Shown here in pieces: positions 1 through 14,532 of a stretch of DNA of 64,000 bases (positions within the stretch are counted from its first letter, which is position 1; the number at the start of each line of letters is the position of its first letter). The position numbers and the translations under genes are program-made. The stretch lies in the NCBI RefSeq assembly GCF_009914755.1, contig NC_060934.1. The stretch is one strand, 5' to 3'. The notes below the pieces were generated by a model. The model had not been told where the DNA came from. It saw nothing but the letters and a program-made list of their open reading frames with translations, and searched no databases. Source of the DNA: the human T2T-CHM13v2.0 reference genome, Homo sapiens.

Positions 1-269
1 TACAATGGTAATGGATGTTTCTTGTTAACTTCAGGCATATATTGTCTTGGAAGAGTATCAGTCTGTCATTTATTGAATACCCACTGTATGGGCAGTATTT
101 TGAATAATGGCTTATTAATTTCATGCAACCCTAGCAAGTGACTATTAGCTTTTTCATTTTATAGCTGAACATACTGATCATCAGAGTGTAATGAATAATA
201 TTGATAATATCATATAAGATGTATTGATAAGATAGACCCCTATCTACACTATTTTATTTATCTTCAATG

Positions 270-510
270 GACACCCATGAGAATGACGAAGCTCAGAGAA
301 GTCAAAGGGCTTTTTCAAGATTATCTAACCAGCACTTAGAAAAGGAAAAATTTAATTACTGTCAGACCCTTGTTCTGAACCCCAAGCTGTGCTAAAGACA
401 GTTGAGCAAACTGAGGATTAGAGAGGTAGGATCACAGGCCCAGGATCATATACATAAAAGATGTAAACCCAGCATGCTTGACTCCAAAGTACATGCTCTT
501 ATTATTAAAC
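270..510. mobile_element. MIR SINE fragments
   Basis: MIR-core-like strings 'gaagctcagagaagtcaaagggcttttt caagattat' and 'aaactgaggattagagagg...cccaggatcatatac...gactccaaagtacatgctctt'; highly diverged, boundaries approximate. Confidence 0.55.
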
Positions 511-1099
511 ATGAAGGATTAATTTCACTAATGTTGTAAATTGGGGCCTGAGGGTATTTTGATTTAGGCCAGTAATATACCTTCACTTTCCAAAACAGAG
601 CTAGCCTTGGCCCTCAGGCATGGGAGAAAATGGACATCACTGCATCCTGCTCAGTCACTGCTACTCGCCAGGATAAATTCCCCTCTCTTTTCCGCTGGTA
701 TTTCTGCCTCCCTTCTTTCCAGTTTCTCTTTAAAACTCCTTACCTCCATTGAGCCTTCACTCTCATTATATCCCAAAGCTGCTGAGCTCTCCCTACTCTG
801 CATCCTCCGAGCATTTACAAACTCCATGGGCACTGCATAAAGCTGCATCTATTTATGTGCTGCTCTGAGAATGTTCTTAAGTCATTTTCATGAGTGTGTG
901 CTCTTTCATCTCAATTCAGCTTTACGTTCCTGCAAGGCAGGAATAGAGGCCTTTATGGTTTTTGCAGTGGCTTCCACAGAGCCTGATTCAATTCTTTCTC
1001 ATTAGGGTTAACTAAATCAAGCCACCCTCCTCACTCCCTTGAACATACTGATGCAAACTGCATGGTGAAGAACAGAGGACAGGGAAATCAGAAGAGAAA

Positions 1100-1830
1100 G
1101 TGGGCATTTCAGAGCTGTTATTGTGGGGACAAAACAAGTATTTTCAGACAGAACACAAGATAGAAAATGTGGCATCAATTGGGAGGAGTCAGACATAGCC
1201 TCAGAGGAATATATGGTAGTGAGATAATCCTTCCATTTGAAGGGTAGAGGACATACCAGGGTAGATATGGTGAAGATAGCATCTGTGTTGAACTGTAAAG
1301 GATGGTAATAATTGGGAATTTACAAAGGGGTGGACATTGAGATAGATGGAACAAAAGAAACAATGGTCTTCTTAGAGTAATTGTGGTCAGACATGAGAAA
1401 GAAGGTAATGGTCTGTATAGCTGAGCTATTGGGTGCAGCAATATATGCAGAGGAGAAATAATCTTTGAAAAGGAAATAGAGTCTCAATAGAGGAGAGCTT
1501 GAATAGCAGGAGTTTAAAATCTAATCTCTGTAGACAATGGGGAACCATAGGAGTTCTTAGTGTCAAAGAGTGACATAAGCAGTGCTTTGCTATCAATAAT
1601 AGATTTTGGGGGGCATATGCAGGCAAGGAAACTAGTTAGGAAATTATTCTAGTAGAACAGAAAGAAGGAACAAAGGTATAAACTGAGGTAAGAGTGGTGT
1701 GGAGGGAAAGGAGAGGATTTGTGGGGGCTCCACAGAGGACAAACGCACAGGACTAATCACAGATTCTTACATGGGGGCCGGGAAGAGGGAAGAATAAATC
1801 CAGGACTGAAATCTCTCATCTGGTGAATGA
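1100..1830 (-). mobile_element. L2 LINE fragment (ancient)
   Basis: Purine-rich text typical of antisense L2, e.g. 'tgtagacaatggggaaccataggagttctt...gagtgacataagcag' and 'ggaaactagttaggaaattattctagtag'; boundaries approximate. Confidence 0.5.
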
Positions 1831-1839
1831 GAATAGTGA

Positions 1840-2110
1840 TAACTAATATTTTGTGGGTGCTCACTCTGTCACAGGCACTGTGCCAAGCATAGAGTACCTG
1901 TCTTAGCTCACAATCTTTGTAACAACTGCTTTAAAGTTGTTAGAAACTACAAAGGTACATACTTCAATAAACCTCATTTTATAGTTATAGTAACCAAGGC
2001 AAGAAAAGGTAAAATAACTTGTTCAAGTACACTCAGCTAGCATGTAACAGAGCTGGGATGATGAACCTATGAGGTCTGACTGCTCAGCACAGACCATGAA
2101 GCTTAACCAT
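1840..2110 (-). mobile_element. MIR SINE
   Basis: 'ctcactctgtcacaggcactgtgccaagc...cctcattttatag...aaaataacttgttcaagtacactcagctag...gagctgggatgatgaacctatgaggtctgact' matches antisense MIR. Confidence 0.65.
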
Positions 2111-3679
2111 TAGGCTCTACTGTAGTGTTGAACACAGAAAAAATAAAAACAGAGACCACAGTGAGTGTGGGTGAGCAAGTAAAGGGTAAGAGGATGAAAG
2201 TAACCCAAGAAACATCACTGGAAATAAGAAGAGACTGTGGGGAGCATGAGTTTGCATTAGACTCAACAAGGAAGACACAGGGAGGAAATAGATCCATTTA
2301 TTGAATGGTAACTGCCAAAAACTGCTCAACACACTTTAGATACATTTTTGTTAAACCTTTCTAAGTATATCGTGTGGTAGATGCTATTATTACTGTGCCC
2401 TTTTAGAAGATGAAGGAATTGAAGATCAGAGTGATCAAGTAAGTTGCCTGAGATCACACAGATCTTACATAAGAAAATCAAGAGTTGAACCCAGGGCTCT
2501 ATGTTAAAGCCTACATACATAACCATTATACACACCATGCCCAATGTGACAAAGGGTCGATGTGAACAAGGACTCAGGAATGGCCATTTATGTGGTCACT
2601 AAAACATAAGGTTGACTACATAATTTATTCTTCAATCTGATAAATTGTTTAGAATTTAAAAACGGGCCCATTACTATGAGTGCCAGAATGACAGGCATAT
2701 GCTGTCACTATCCTAGGTGAATTAAGATGTATGGATGCCCTACCAGGAGGACCTTGGCATCCTTCAAAAGAACAGTATTAGTAGAACCTTGAGAGTGGAG
2801 GCCGGATAGCAGTCGGTTCAGAAGAAAACTGGAGATTAGTGAAAAAACTTAAGAATTACTTGGATTCATCAAACAATATGAAGAAATAAACTAAGTAGAG
2901 GGGAACCCTGGGCCTGTCCAACTGTGGGCTGGGCTGGCACAATGACACATTATGGGCACTCAATAAATACCTAATGATACACTAGCAGGGATGAGGAAAG
3001 AGGCTGCTCTGTTAGTTTTGCTTTGTGTTCATTTATCTTGTTTATTTTCTGAGACAGAGGGATATTGAACATATTTGTAGGCAGAGAGGAGGAACCAGTG
3101 AAAAGAAAAAGATAGATGATGCAAATGTGAGGGGAAAATAAAACAAGAAGGGTTGGGGAGTTCCACATGTTCAAGAAGAATTTGTCTTAGAAAGAGAGAG
3201 AAAAAAATTATTAAAGAAATAATGCAATGTCTTGGATATGTACAAGTATGAAGGAGACAGTTATCCATTAAGAAGTGCTCAGATTCCTGGGTGAGGATGA
3301 AGTGATGGCAACATCCATCTAAGTCTTACTCATTCAGTGTAAATCACATGGCTGCTAAGCACCCTGCACATGAGTATGCGTCTTAAGGTAAAGTCAGGCC
3401 CTTCCTGGTAGAGACAACTCAAGCACAGTGACGATCTCAGGCTGAGAAAGCCTACAGCATGACAAGGTCCCAGGATGCAGCTGAGGAAGCCTGGACTCAG
3501 TTCCCAGTTGGATCCCTGATTTGCTGTGTAACTTTGAACAAGTCAGTTTTCTTCTCAGGTCTTCAATTTCCTCATCTGTCAAAAGGGAACCTGAACCAGT
3601 TCAGCGGTTTACAAATGCCTGTAGGTTCATATGGGGCTGTGATGGCGTTTCTTTTTTAAAATCCTAATCAAAGAACAGT

Positions 3680-4020
3680 ATAGCAAAATGTATACCTAAA
3701 ATAGTGTACAACTTGCTTAATTTACAGAAAATGAAAAGATGTGTGTAGTATCATCTGTAACACACACACAAAATTACTAGCACCGTAGAAATGCCCCCAC
3801 CCTTCCTTCCACACACCTTCCATCTACTACTTGACAACATCCCACTACCCTGACTTCTATGAGCAGAAATTAGCTTCACCTCTTTATCTTATTTTTAGAA
3901 ATTGAACCACACAGTTTGGGTCATCTTGTGTCTGGCTTCTTTCAACTCAGCATTGTTTGTGAGATTTATTCATATTGCAGAGTATAATGCTGTATATTAT
4001 ACTCTGTTGTATAGTATCGT
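3680..4020 (-). mobile_element. Old L1 (L1ME-like) 3' fragment
   Basis: 'ccactaccctgacttctatgagcag...tgtgtctggcttctttcaactcagcattgtttgtgagatttattcatattg' is typical antisense L1M 3' end. Confidence 0.6.
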
Positions 4021-5289
4021 AGAGTTCAATGACGTGTTTTGAAAGTTAGGAAAAGTTTAAATTGAAGTATATTTTATTTAAAGGTAAATATATACAAAAT
4101 AAATTATTTTGATTTTAGATTACATTCTTTCATCCTTTTTGTGATAAAATGTTCTTTATTTGAAATCCCTTGTTAATTGCTGAAGTTTCATTTTGTCATT
4201 GTATTTACTTTTACTTTGTCTTAATTTTAATATGCTAACTTAGCAAATTCAGCTCCATATTTTATCATTCTAAAAAATTTGACTGGGTCTTGAAGTCCCC
4301 AAGGTTAGGTTCCATGGGACTAGAAGGCCCCTAAATTTCTTGGCTCTTTTTATAAGCCAGCTTAAGCTTCTGGCCTTTCGTTACAGCCTCCTTCGACAAA
4401 CAGCTCATGTGCACAAATTCTAAGAGGTGCCCAGAAAAACCACAAAGACCAATTATTGATTCATCTTGAGGTGGATATTGGGAGGGGAAGCCTTTTTTTT
4501 AATGCTCATAATTCACATGCATAAATAGCAAATAACCATATCAATTCCTTCACAGTATTAGACGAGTTTAGGTCTTACCAGATGCCCTTGAGAATTGTCA
4601 GAAAGCCTGGACTAGAAGAGGACATATGACCCCCACACAGGAAAGGACGAGAGAACAGAGATACCGAGCATGAGACTGTGCCTCAGACACTGTGCCCCAG
4701 TGGAATTCTAGAAAGGGGAAGATGTTCCGTGGGCTGGTGGTCCTCTAAGAAAGCCTCATTACCAGAAGTAGACTTTAAAGAGAACGTAGGGACCCCTAGC
4801 GGGCACTCAACTAACAAATATGATTTATTTAATCCTTTGGAAAACAGGATAAAATCAACCACTCGAGCCATGGTTGAAATACTATGTATTGTAGAAAAAG
4901 ATCACATACATGCTCACACACACCAAGAAAAGGGGGAAAAAAAAAGAGGATTCCTCCTTTGGTTCTTGAGAGATAATTGCCTGGTTGAAGTAATGGGATT
5001 TGTGATGGAATCTTTCATCAAGATCTATTGAAGAGAGGAGCTTCCTGCTGGCAGAATTCAGAATGTGCTTCCCCAAAGGAGTGCAATTACATATTCAGCC
5101 TCTTTCCTAGAAGAAAGCAATTATGGGGCAATTTCACTTTTAAACAAAATCAGTTTGAGGTTCTGTTTTCCATTAGTAGCTGCAAAAAGAAGTAGCACCT
5201 GAATTAGACAATACATAGTTACCCTTTTACAACTGAAGTAAGATGCATTGTAAATGAAGGTTTTCAGAAACCTGTGGGTTATATAAGGC

Positions 5290-5290
<1 letters not shown>

Positions 5291-5337
<47 letters not shown>
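5291..5337. repeat. (AC)23 microsatellite
   Basis: Perfect AC run read directly. Confidence 0.97.
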
Positions 5338-5340
<3 letters not shown>

Positions 5341-5523
5341 GTTTTTACGTTTGCTTAAAGAAGAAAACTTTTGTTTCTGCCTGGTGAGCATTCAACACCT
5401 CCCTATCTCTGTTTTTATAGCATTTACATACCCTGTTTTATTTTTTCAGCACTTTGAATCTTGAAGCTAAGACGTGTCTGAATCATACCATCCTTTTGTA
5501 GAATCTTAGCTGTAGCTCCTGCT

Positions 5524-5803
5524 GCCCTATCCCCTGGGGTAATGATAACTTTCTGTAAAAATCTCTTCACACCATTAAAATATATGTATTTATATGTATT
5601 AAATATATGTATCTATATATAAATATAATGTAGCTATATATAATTTATATATACATAAAATATAAAAAATATATTGTACATATATACATAATAGAGAAAT
5701 ATGTATTTATATGTACACATAAGATATATGTGTATATAAATACATATATTTAAATAGTGGGAAGAGATTTTTAGAGTTATATCATTAGTCCAGAAGATGG
5801 GGC
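5524..5803. repeat. Imperfect inverted repeat (~75 bp arms) around a TA-rich spacer
   Basis: 5556-5568 taaaaatctcttc is the reverse complement of 5761-5773; 5578-5595 is the reverse complement of 5734-5751; similarity extends outward to 5524 and 5803. Confidence 0.85.
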
Positions 5804-6110
5804 TAATATATATTTATATTTTTTATATATAAATCCTTATATATTGATATATATTTAAATGTAAATCTTTATGTATTGATATATATTTATATGTAAATCT
5901 TTACATATTGATATTTATGTTTTTATTTATTGATATGTATTTATATCTATATACATACAATTAATATTCTATATTATATATAGTAATATAATTCTATATT
6001 ATAATTCTATAATATATTCTCTATTATATAATTCTATATAGTAATATAATTCTATATTAAAGGTATACCATATATTTTCATGCACATATATATCACCATA
6101 TAAAGGTAAA
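5804..6110. repeat. TA-rich low-complexity tract including a 32-bp-period minisatellite
   Basis: Units starting 'aaatc(c/t)tta...attgatat' at 5831, 5863 and 5895, followed by degenerate 'taattctata' repeats. Confidence 0.85.
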
Positions 6111-7029
6111 CATACAAGGTGATGGGTATGCTAATTAGCTTGATTACACATTTTATTTTTGATAGAGATAAGTACAATTGGATTCTGTGGCTTGCAAACA
6201 AGAACAGTTTCTGAGGCATATGGCATGTGACCAATATACATCAAATACATCTGAATTTTTCAAAGATGAACGCTTTTTTATATTTCCATATTATAAGTGG
6301 CATAAAGCAGATGTATAGCTTTAAAACAATGAGTTGTTCCTGCCTGACATTGCCCAAGGCAGGAAAAACAATTAGATGACCTTACAGCCCCAGGGTTCAA
6401 AGCTAATTATGATGTTTCCTGAGGAGAGAGAGATGGAAACACCTTAAAATCTCCTAGAGTGGGTATGGTTTCAAACAGTAGAGTTTTGATATTGAAATAC
6501 AAGAATAGAAATTACTCTGATGTGTTTCTGCTGTAGAATTTTCTATTACCAATGTCATTATTGTAATTTCTACAGCAAAGGAAACAATGTTTAATTAATG
6601 AACATTGTCTTCATATGGCAATAAGGGGACATATGTTCTAATTAGCATCAGATCTAACTCATACACTTGCTCTCTAATCCCAAATACCATAAAGGAGAGA
6701 GCGGAGCCCAAGAGAGGGGAGGGAATACAGATGTGTGTGTATCTTTATACTCCCAGGACATTTCATCCACTGGGGCCCAGACTCACCCCACCTTTTGCCA
6801 TTGGACACTTGACGTCATGTACCTTAAACTCTACTCTGTCTCAACCCCTGAGAAACCCTAAACAACCTCCCGAATATGATTTTGTGTGACTGCACATAGT
6901 TTACTTCATAACTGAACCAAGATGCCCCTACCTCTTCGAACACCTCTAGCTCATCTGAAGTGTCTGTCTGAATCTGAAAATGACCAAAGCCCAGCTGAGG
7001 AAGGCTTCCATTGGACAGACGCAGAGAAG

Positions 7030-7270
7030 CCTGTGGAGTCAGACTGCTGGGAGTTGAATACTGTCTCTGCCACAAAGTAACTGTAAGGTCTCTGTGAGTC
7101 CCTTAATTTCTCTGTGTCTCAAGTTTCCCCAGCTCTAAATGTAAAACAGAGCTATTAACAGCACCCATATAATAGGTCTGATGTGAGTGGTAAATCAAAT
7201 GCCAAACGTTTAGACCTTAGAAGAGAGCTTGGCACATTAAAAACTATTCAATAAATATTCACTAATATGT
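7030..7270 (+). mobile_element. MIR SINE
   Basis: 'tggagtcagactgctgggagttgaatactgtctctgccac...cttaatttctctgtgtctcaagtttcccc...aaactattcaataaatatt'. Confidence 0.75.
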
Positions 7271-7698
7271 TGCTTTAACACATGACCTTTGTGATCCCCA
7301 AATCCATACTCTCTCACCCCACTAGGTCAGTACCTCTGCCCTCCCAGGGAACTGTAAGGTGTCTGGGCAGAAAATCGAAGCTGGATCTTAGGCAAAGAGG
7401 ATAATTTAGTAGATTGGTTCCCAAGCCTGATCATTAATAAGGCAAAGGTCCTTTCTTAGACATGGACACAGGGGAGTAACAGGAATTTCTTGGAAAGATA
7501 AAATTCAGAATCAGCTCATCACTCAGCTATGGAAGGCTAATTCCTCTTGACTGAGAACTACCCCCTCGTGGCTTTCATTGTGTAAGTGACAAGCCAGATC
7601 CCTGTGGTGTCATCATTTTGTCAAACGCTTTGGAGACACTCATCTTTGCAGTGGCCTTCATCTAAAAGATACTTTTGGGGATTTTAAGATGAAGAGTC

Positions 7699-7761
7699 TG
7701 TGTGTGTGTATATAGATAGATAGATAGATAGATAGACAGATAGATAGATAGATAGATAGAT
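7699..7761. repeat. (TG)n followed by (TAGA)n tetranucleotide STR with one CAGA interruption
   Basis: Read directly. Confidence 0.95.
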
Positions 7762-8700
7762 TCAGGTTAAGGTTATTTGGGGCCAAATGTAGGTCTTAAC
7801 CTGGAGATGATTTTTGGTGTAGAATGATGAATAGTAATGAAATGACATTATTGATTTTCTTCTAATGCCTGTAAACTGCCATTAAAAGTATAAATGCCAA
7901 ATATTAACCTCATTTTCCTCACTCTATTAAAAACTATAAAATATTGAAATAATGGAATAAAATATTAACTTGTCTCTAGGTAGTGCACAAGCCCTGAAGA
8001 AACATAGAAAGCAAAACATGCAATGAATACCTTTAATTGTAGTATTTAAAATCTCACTGGCTGTGTCCGTATCATTTATGGGCAGTATAATTAAACAATA
8101 TCCTAATTTAGCATAAAGAGACTCTAGGGACCATATTTTATCCCTTCCAATTGCAAGTGTGAAAGGAAGGCTTGTTTCTCAAGCCTTTGTCCTTGTGATA
8201 TTTTGGCAACGTGGAAGCCCTCATGGGTGTGTGTCAAACTTCTCTGGTCGCCTAGGAGATCAAAGAGGACGGCACCTTACCTGCTTTAACACAGGAGACA
8301 ATTCACCATACACTATCTAGCAACCCTGTTTTTCATGGACCCCAAATTCTGATTTTGTATTGTATCAACCTGACAACCTTTATTTCTGTAGCACAATGGT
8401 TCCAAGGAGCCAGGTTGCAGCTACGTTCACCAATCACAAGTATCTTGTGGAGTACTGATGAAATTTTCTATAATAAGCAGAATTTTTATATTGTAATGGC
8501 TTTTAATTCAGGATGCATCTGATAATTGATGGAATATAGCAGTCACTATTAGCTATATGTTAGTTATAGTGCTATTGTATGAAAACTTTCTGTAGAAAGC
8601 TTCTGGGAAAAGCAGAACGGTGCCATTGTCAAAGCTTCTTAGTTTCACTGAAATATGAGTGTACATAGCTAACATTTATTGATCACTTTCTATGGGATGG

Positions 8701-9140
8701 TGTAGCAGTTATCTATTGGCATGTTAATGCTGTGTAACCAACTACCACAAAACCTGTGTCACACAATAGTCAATATTTATCATTTCTCATGAATCTATGG
8801 GATAATTGAGCAATTCTGCTAAACTAGGCCAGACTTAGCTGGGCTCACTATGGGTCTTCAGTCAGCTACAGGTTGCATAAGTGTTTTTGCTGATCTTGGT
8901 TGGGCTCCAGCATGTTTGGAAGTTGGCTGGCTCTAGGCTGGTTGTATGGGACACCTTTGCTATCTTCTTGTGATCTTTAATTCTCAGGCAGGTTAGCCTA
9001 GGCTTGTACTTATGGTAGCAGAATTCCAAGAGAAGGTGGGCTGATACAAGTAGGGTTTTAAGCTTCTGCATGAATAATACCTATTAACATCCTACTGTCC
9101 AAAGCAAGTCACTTGCTTGGGACCAGAGCGAGCTTTAGAA
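8701..9140 (-). mobile_element. MaLR LTR (MLT1G/H-like)
   Basis: 'tgtagcagttatctattg...gctgtgtaaccaactaccacaaaac...tttatcatttctcatgaatctatggg...gctgggctcact...ccaaagcaagtcac' matches antisense MLT1. Confidence 0.7.
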
Positions 9141-9829
9141 ACAAAACTCAAAAGCTTTTCGGCTCTTTCTCTGAGTTTTCTTTGCCAGAGTGTAACATTT
9201 GGCTGGAGATGGACATCCACTGTCCTCTTTAGGTAGGGCGATCATTTTGACCCTGCCTGCCTAACTTATGAACCTTACCTGCCTGACATTTGTGGCTTCA
9301 TAGACTATGAATATTATTTAACTCTTAATATCTACACCTTTAACTATCATTGTAATTAACAACTATAGTAGAGCTTTGAGAATAGCCAAACATACCTTCT
9401 TGTCAAACCCACTCATCCTCCAAAGATTCAAAAATACTAGAGCTATTAAAGGTCTGTCCAATTGCTCATGTAGAATCCACATGGGAATTCCATTTCATTT
9501 CCCCCCAACACTGGAAACTTACCAGTTGTTGAACAAGACTGAAATCTTGCTTAAGATTGGTGATTACAATCTCAGTTCCATTTAAATAACGTCACAATTT
9601 TATACTCTGAATCAATCTAATAAAAGATGGCTGATAATTGTTGGAAGTAAGAATTCTTAGTGCTACACACTAATTCTTGGTCTTGTACATAACACTTTAA
9701 GAGAAAGTTAAAGTGGTGAGACAAAGTAATAGAATCTACTAATCTGGATTTATTAATATTTTATGATACTAGCCATTTGGCCATTTTTCCAAATACTTTA
9801 AAAATTATTTATACAGAAGTAAGGAAGGG

Positions 9830-10451
<622 letters not shown>

Positions 10452-13400
10452 TCATCTCTTTGAGATCTCGAGTATTACAATTTTATTGTGATTTTCAGTC
10501 ATCATTGGTTTGTCTCACCCAGATTGGTGGGGACCAGTTTGCTCCAGGTTTGCTGCAGCTATAGAATCCCGTGACTCCTGACAAAATCGTGGTCACAGAT
10601 GAGATTTCTTCCCACATCAGGTTCCCAGATCTCTGCCTACAAAGTGTGGTCAAAGCAAGAGTAGTAGGAGTTTGTCTTTTTCCCTTTCTACATTTGAATT
10701 AGCAGGAAAAAAACGTCAACTAGTTCTTGTTCACACACATACATCAATGTGGGTTTTTTTTTTTTTTTTGGCGGGGGTATGAGTACTCATGTTTTCTGAC
10801 CCCTTCCCTCTCAGATGGTCATTTTTTTTTCCTTTTTCTATTTCATGTGTCATAAAGAGGAGAATCAGAGGGTGAGAATCAGAGGGTAAGAACACAGGCA
10901 TAAGGCTTAGATAAGCTTATTATTTGAGCTGGCCTCACAGCCAGGTAAGTCCACAGTTCTCACTAGAGTGATGTCTGTTTAGACAAACTTTGCTGTAGGG
11001 TCTCTGAGACCACAAAAAAAGTGTGAGGTTCTCCTTTTATCTTGTTTTATGTCCTGAGAATCTGGCTATTTGACCAGTGAGAACACTGTCTTTGGTCTCT
11101 GCCAGCTGGCAGGCAAGTGTGCCGGCTTGCGTCGGACAGCCAGTTGAATAGGCTAGAAGCTGCAGACACAAAGTCACAACCAGCAGTATCTGTTTAATCC
11201 TGATAGTTCTCAAGTGAGTTTGTCTTAATGAGAGGTTCCAATCCATAAGGGCCTTTGTTGTCTCAACCTTCAATTTCTTGGTAAGCACTGAGAAAGTCCA
11301 GTCTCAGTAGTGCCTTATTGGTGTCACCAATGACACATAATGGTTCAGTGACTGGAGGCACCCCAATTTTCTGCGGGAGACCAGAGACACCGTTTTCACA
11401 AGTACTGTTCTTACCACCTCTGGCAATGAAACTCTTTGCTTTCTTAGTTTATCTCTGACAGTTAACTTTTTAGATCATGGGGACTGCATTTTCGGTATCC
11501 ACTTTAGGAACACCATTTCCATCATGGTATTCTAAACCTGAAAAGTCTTTTCATGAAAAGTCTTACGGCTTTGAGTTGCTTCTAGAATAAATAAATTGGT
11601 TAAATTTGAAAAAAGTTTGAGAGAGCTCTCATCCTAAACAACTGTCTTATTGGTGCATATGGAAAAATCAAACTGAAAAGAAGACACAAAGAACCGTAAC
11701 AGATTGCCTTGGAGACTTCCTTAGCAATATTAAAAAGGAGAAATCAGATTTAGAACAAAGTTAAAATTCTTTAAACTGACCATAAATTCCCTTGTCTGCC
11801 CTCATTACTTCCCTATGTCCATGTCCCGGACCCTCTAAAAGCTCATTTGATCTTTGGGTCTCTAATTAAAACCCATCTTCTGCAAATTCAGCTCAATTTC
11901 CTCAGTAAATTCCTTTAGCTCAGGAGAGAAACATTTGTAAGAATTTATTTGAATTATGACTCTTGGCTTTGGAGTACCCATTTGTTACTCATTCTCTTTC
12001 TCCAAAGGAGAGCTGAGATCTTGGCTTGGCCTTCCGCCTGCCAGGGGTATGTAGGTTGGGAGCTCCCAAGAATATGGTCAGAAAGAAATGTTGGTTGCAC
12101 CCCATTTGCACGTAGTATACCAACTGTTGCCAACTCACAGAGACACTGTCTTTCTTCTGTATGTGTTTGGAGTGACTAACTCTTGGAAGAAATGTATCAT
12201 TTTACTTTTGCATTGAAGATGGGTGCGTCTGTGGTTCAGCACCCATAAAAGGCTTATTAGTTTTAGAATTGAGTCACCTGTTAGGTATAACTTTGTTTTA
12301 GAACTTTGGTTTATATTCAGAGTGTAACAGAATTTAGGCTTTCTCTCCAAAGCTAAAATGGAACTATATGCATAGAAAGGAAAAAAAACAGTTTACTATA
12401 ACATTTCAAAGAGGAACAGTTCTAAATATAGAATAAAGGAATCTTTTGATTTCCATCTTAGTGGGAAATCTTCTCCCTGATGTAAAGGAGCAAGTTGAAG
12501 ATAATGCAGGATGGATGAGTCAAACCCTTGATATTATTTAGGTTGCAACCCAATTCTTTGAAGAATTAAAAACAACTGTCCTTGTTTTACAAATTGAGTC
12601 TTTACAAAGATAGAAGTGTGCCTCTAGAAGAAATTCAAACTCACCTATCCTTCTTACTAATTCCCAAACCTCATCTATGTATCTCAAGATGCTTGTAGAT
12701 ACTTTAGAAAATCAAGACATTGAAAATGGAACTGTCCTGCAATTAAGAAGGAAAAGTTTAAATAGTAATTACCCTAGACATCTGATAATAGGCAAATATG
12801 CTTCCAAAAACTGCTTGGTAAATGTGCATTCTTCCTCTGTGCCCTTGAGATGTCTTACCCAAGAACCATTACTTTTGAAATGCAAATTTAAGAAATAATT
12901 CTCAGATAAAAACAAAAGAAAGAAAATAAAAAAACAAAGGAAGGAAGAAGGAAGGAGGGAAGGAGAAGACTATTTGGAAACCAGCAAATGGAAACTCTTA
13001 AAAGCTTTAACCATCTGAGCAGGTAACCTTACTTTGTTCAATATGCCATATTCACTAAGTTTTGAATTACTATAGCTGACATGGGGCTAAAGTTTAGAGT
13101 GAAAGCGGAGTTATCTGTTCTGTCTGTGTTTATGGATGGCTACATATATACATATGTTATATAATATGATATTTTTCTACCTCCAAATGACCTCTACTTA
13201 ATTGACTTAAGGAAAAATAAGGGTTTAAAAAATTGTTAGCTTAGTAAACTTTGGTCAATAAGGATGTCATTGGCTTAATTAAAACAACATGTCTTTAGAG
13301 TTGTTAGCATTAAATATAATGTAGATACACAACTTTTATTTTCATTAGATGTTTAAAATCCTAAGATAATTGGTTCAACCTAAGAACAAATGCACATGAG

Positions 13401-14532
13401 AAAGTGCAATGTCCATTACTTTATGTATATAAAGCACAGCCAAAAAACAAAAGCCCAATTATTTAACTTTTTACATTCTTGATTTTGTGATACTTGCCTA
13501 AATGCAGGTGCTATAAAAATAGTCGACAGGGAAATACTTGATATATTAGACAAAGCTAGTCATCTCATTTAAATTTCATAAGTAATCTAAGCATAATTGC
13601 AAGGAACAAGTGAATGAAATAGATATAAGTAGAATAAATGTTTATAAGCTTTTAGACAATAATCATGTTATGTCTACTTAAAATGGTTTCCCAATCTCTT
13701 TGGTAACTATACCCTTAGGTGATGGATATTAATTAAATGTGTATGTCATTTCCAAATAAAATAAAACACTGAAATATTAATTGCTGAATACAAGTTTCAG
13801 TTTATTTTGGCTTGTTAGAGTTTATAAAAAGAAAAAAATAGTTGAGTCTCTCAGTAAACATGCTCTGTTTCATATTAAAAAATTGTTCTGAGGAAGCATG
13901 TGTTCCTAGAAATTATAAAATGTGTATTCAGACCATTTAAAATTTCTTATTCCTAGGTTTTCACAGGAAAATGGGTTACTAAGACTTAACATTCTAATAT
14001 GTAAATCAAACTCCTAGTAATAAGGAAAACAAGTGTATACAAAATGTACAAGGAAAGTAAGATGTTGTAAGGTATGAGGATGAGATTTTTTGCTGAGAAA
14101 AAAATTTCTGTCTAGGTAAGAGATTTTGAAAGGTTGTTTAAGAATGAATAAGGAAGAATGAATAAAAACTGAATGGATATAGAAAGTCTGAAGGGGTGAC
14201 AAAGGGAAAGAGAAATTTGAGTGGTCAAACTGACTAAAATGGAATGAATTTATTATGTTTTTAAAAAATAGCAATTAAGGCTACTTTTATTACTTTGATA
14301 TTAAATCAAAGTATAGAGATGTAAAACTAGAATTTGTCATCCCTTTTAAAAGCAAGATGTTCTTGGAATATTGGTAAAATATAGCAAGTAAAATTTCTTT
14401 ACCTTTTGATTGTTCTTAAGGAGGGTGGGGAAGATTGTGTTTTGTCAAAATAACTGTTTCATGTTTTAATTATTATATCTTTGATTACTTGACAATCAAA
14501 TATTCTCAATATTAAAAGAGCTAAGGTTTTTT

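Noticed and set aside
651-929. Minus-strand acceptor-like site near 930 and a 65-aa ORF considered as exon 2
   Set aside because: The acceptor appears to fall in L2-like sequence, there is no convincing donor, and the peptide is unrecognised.
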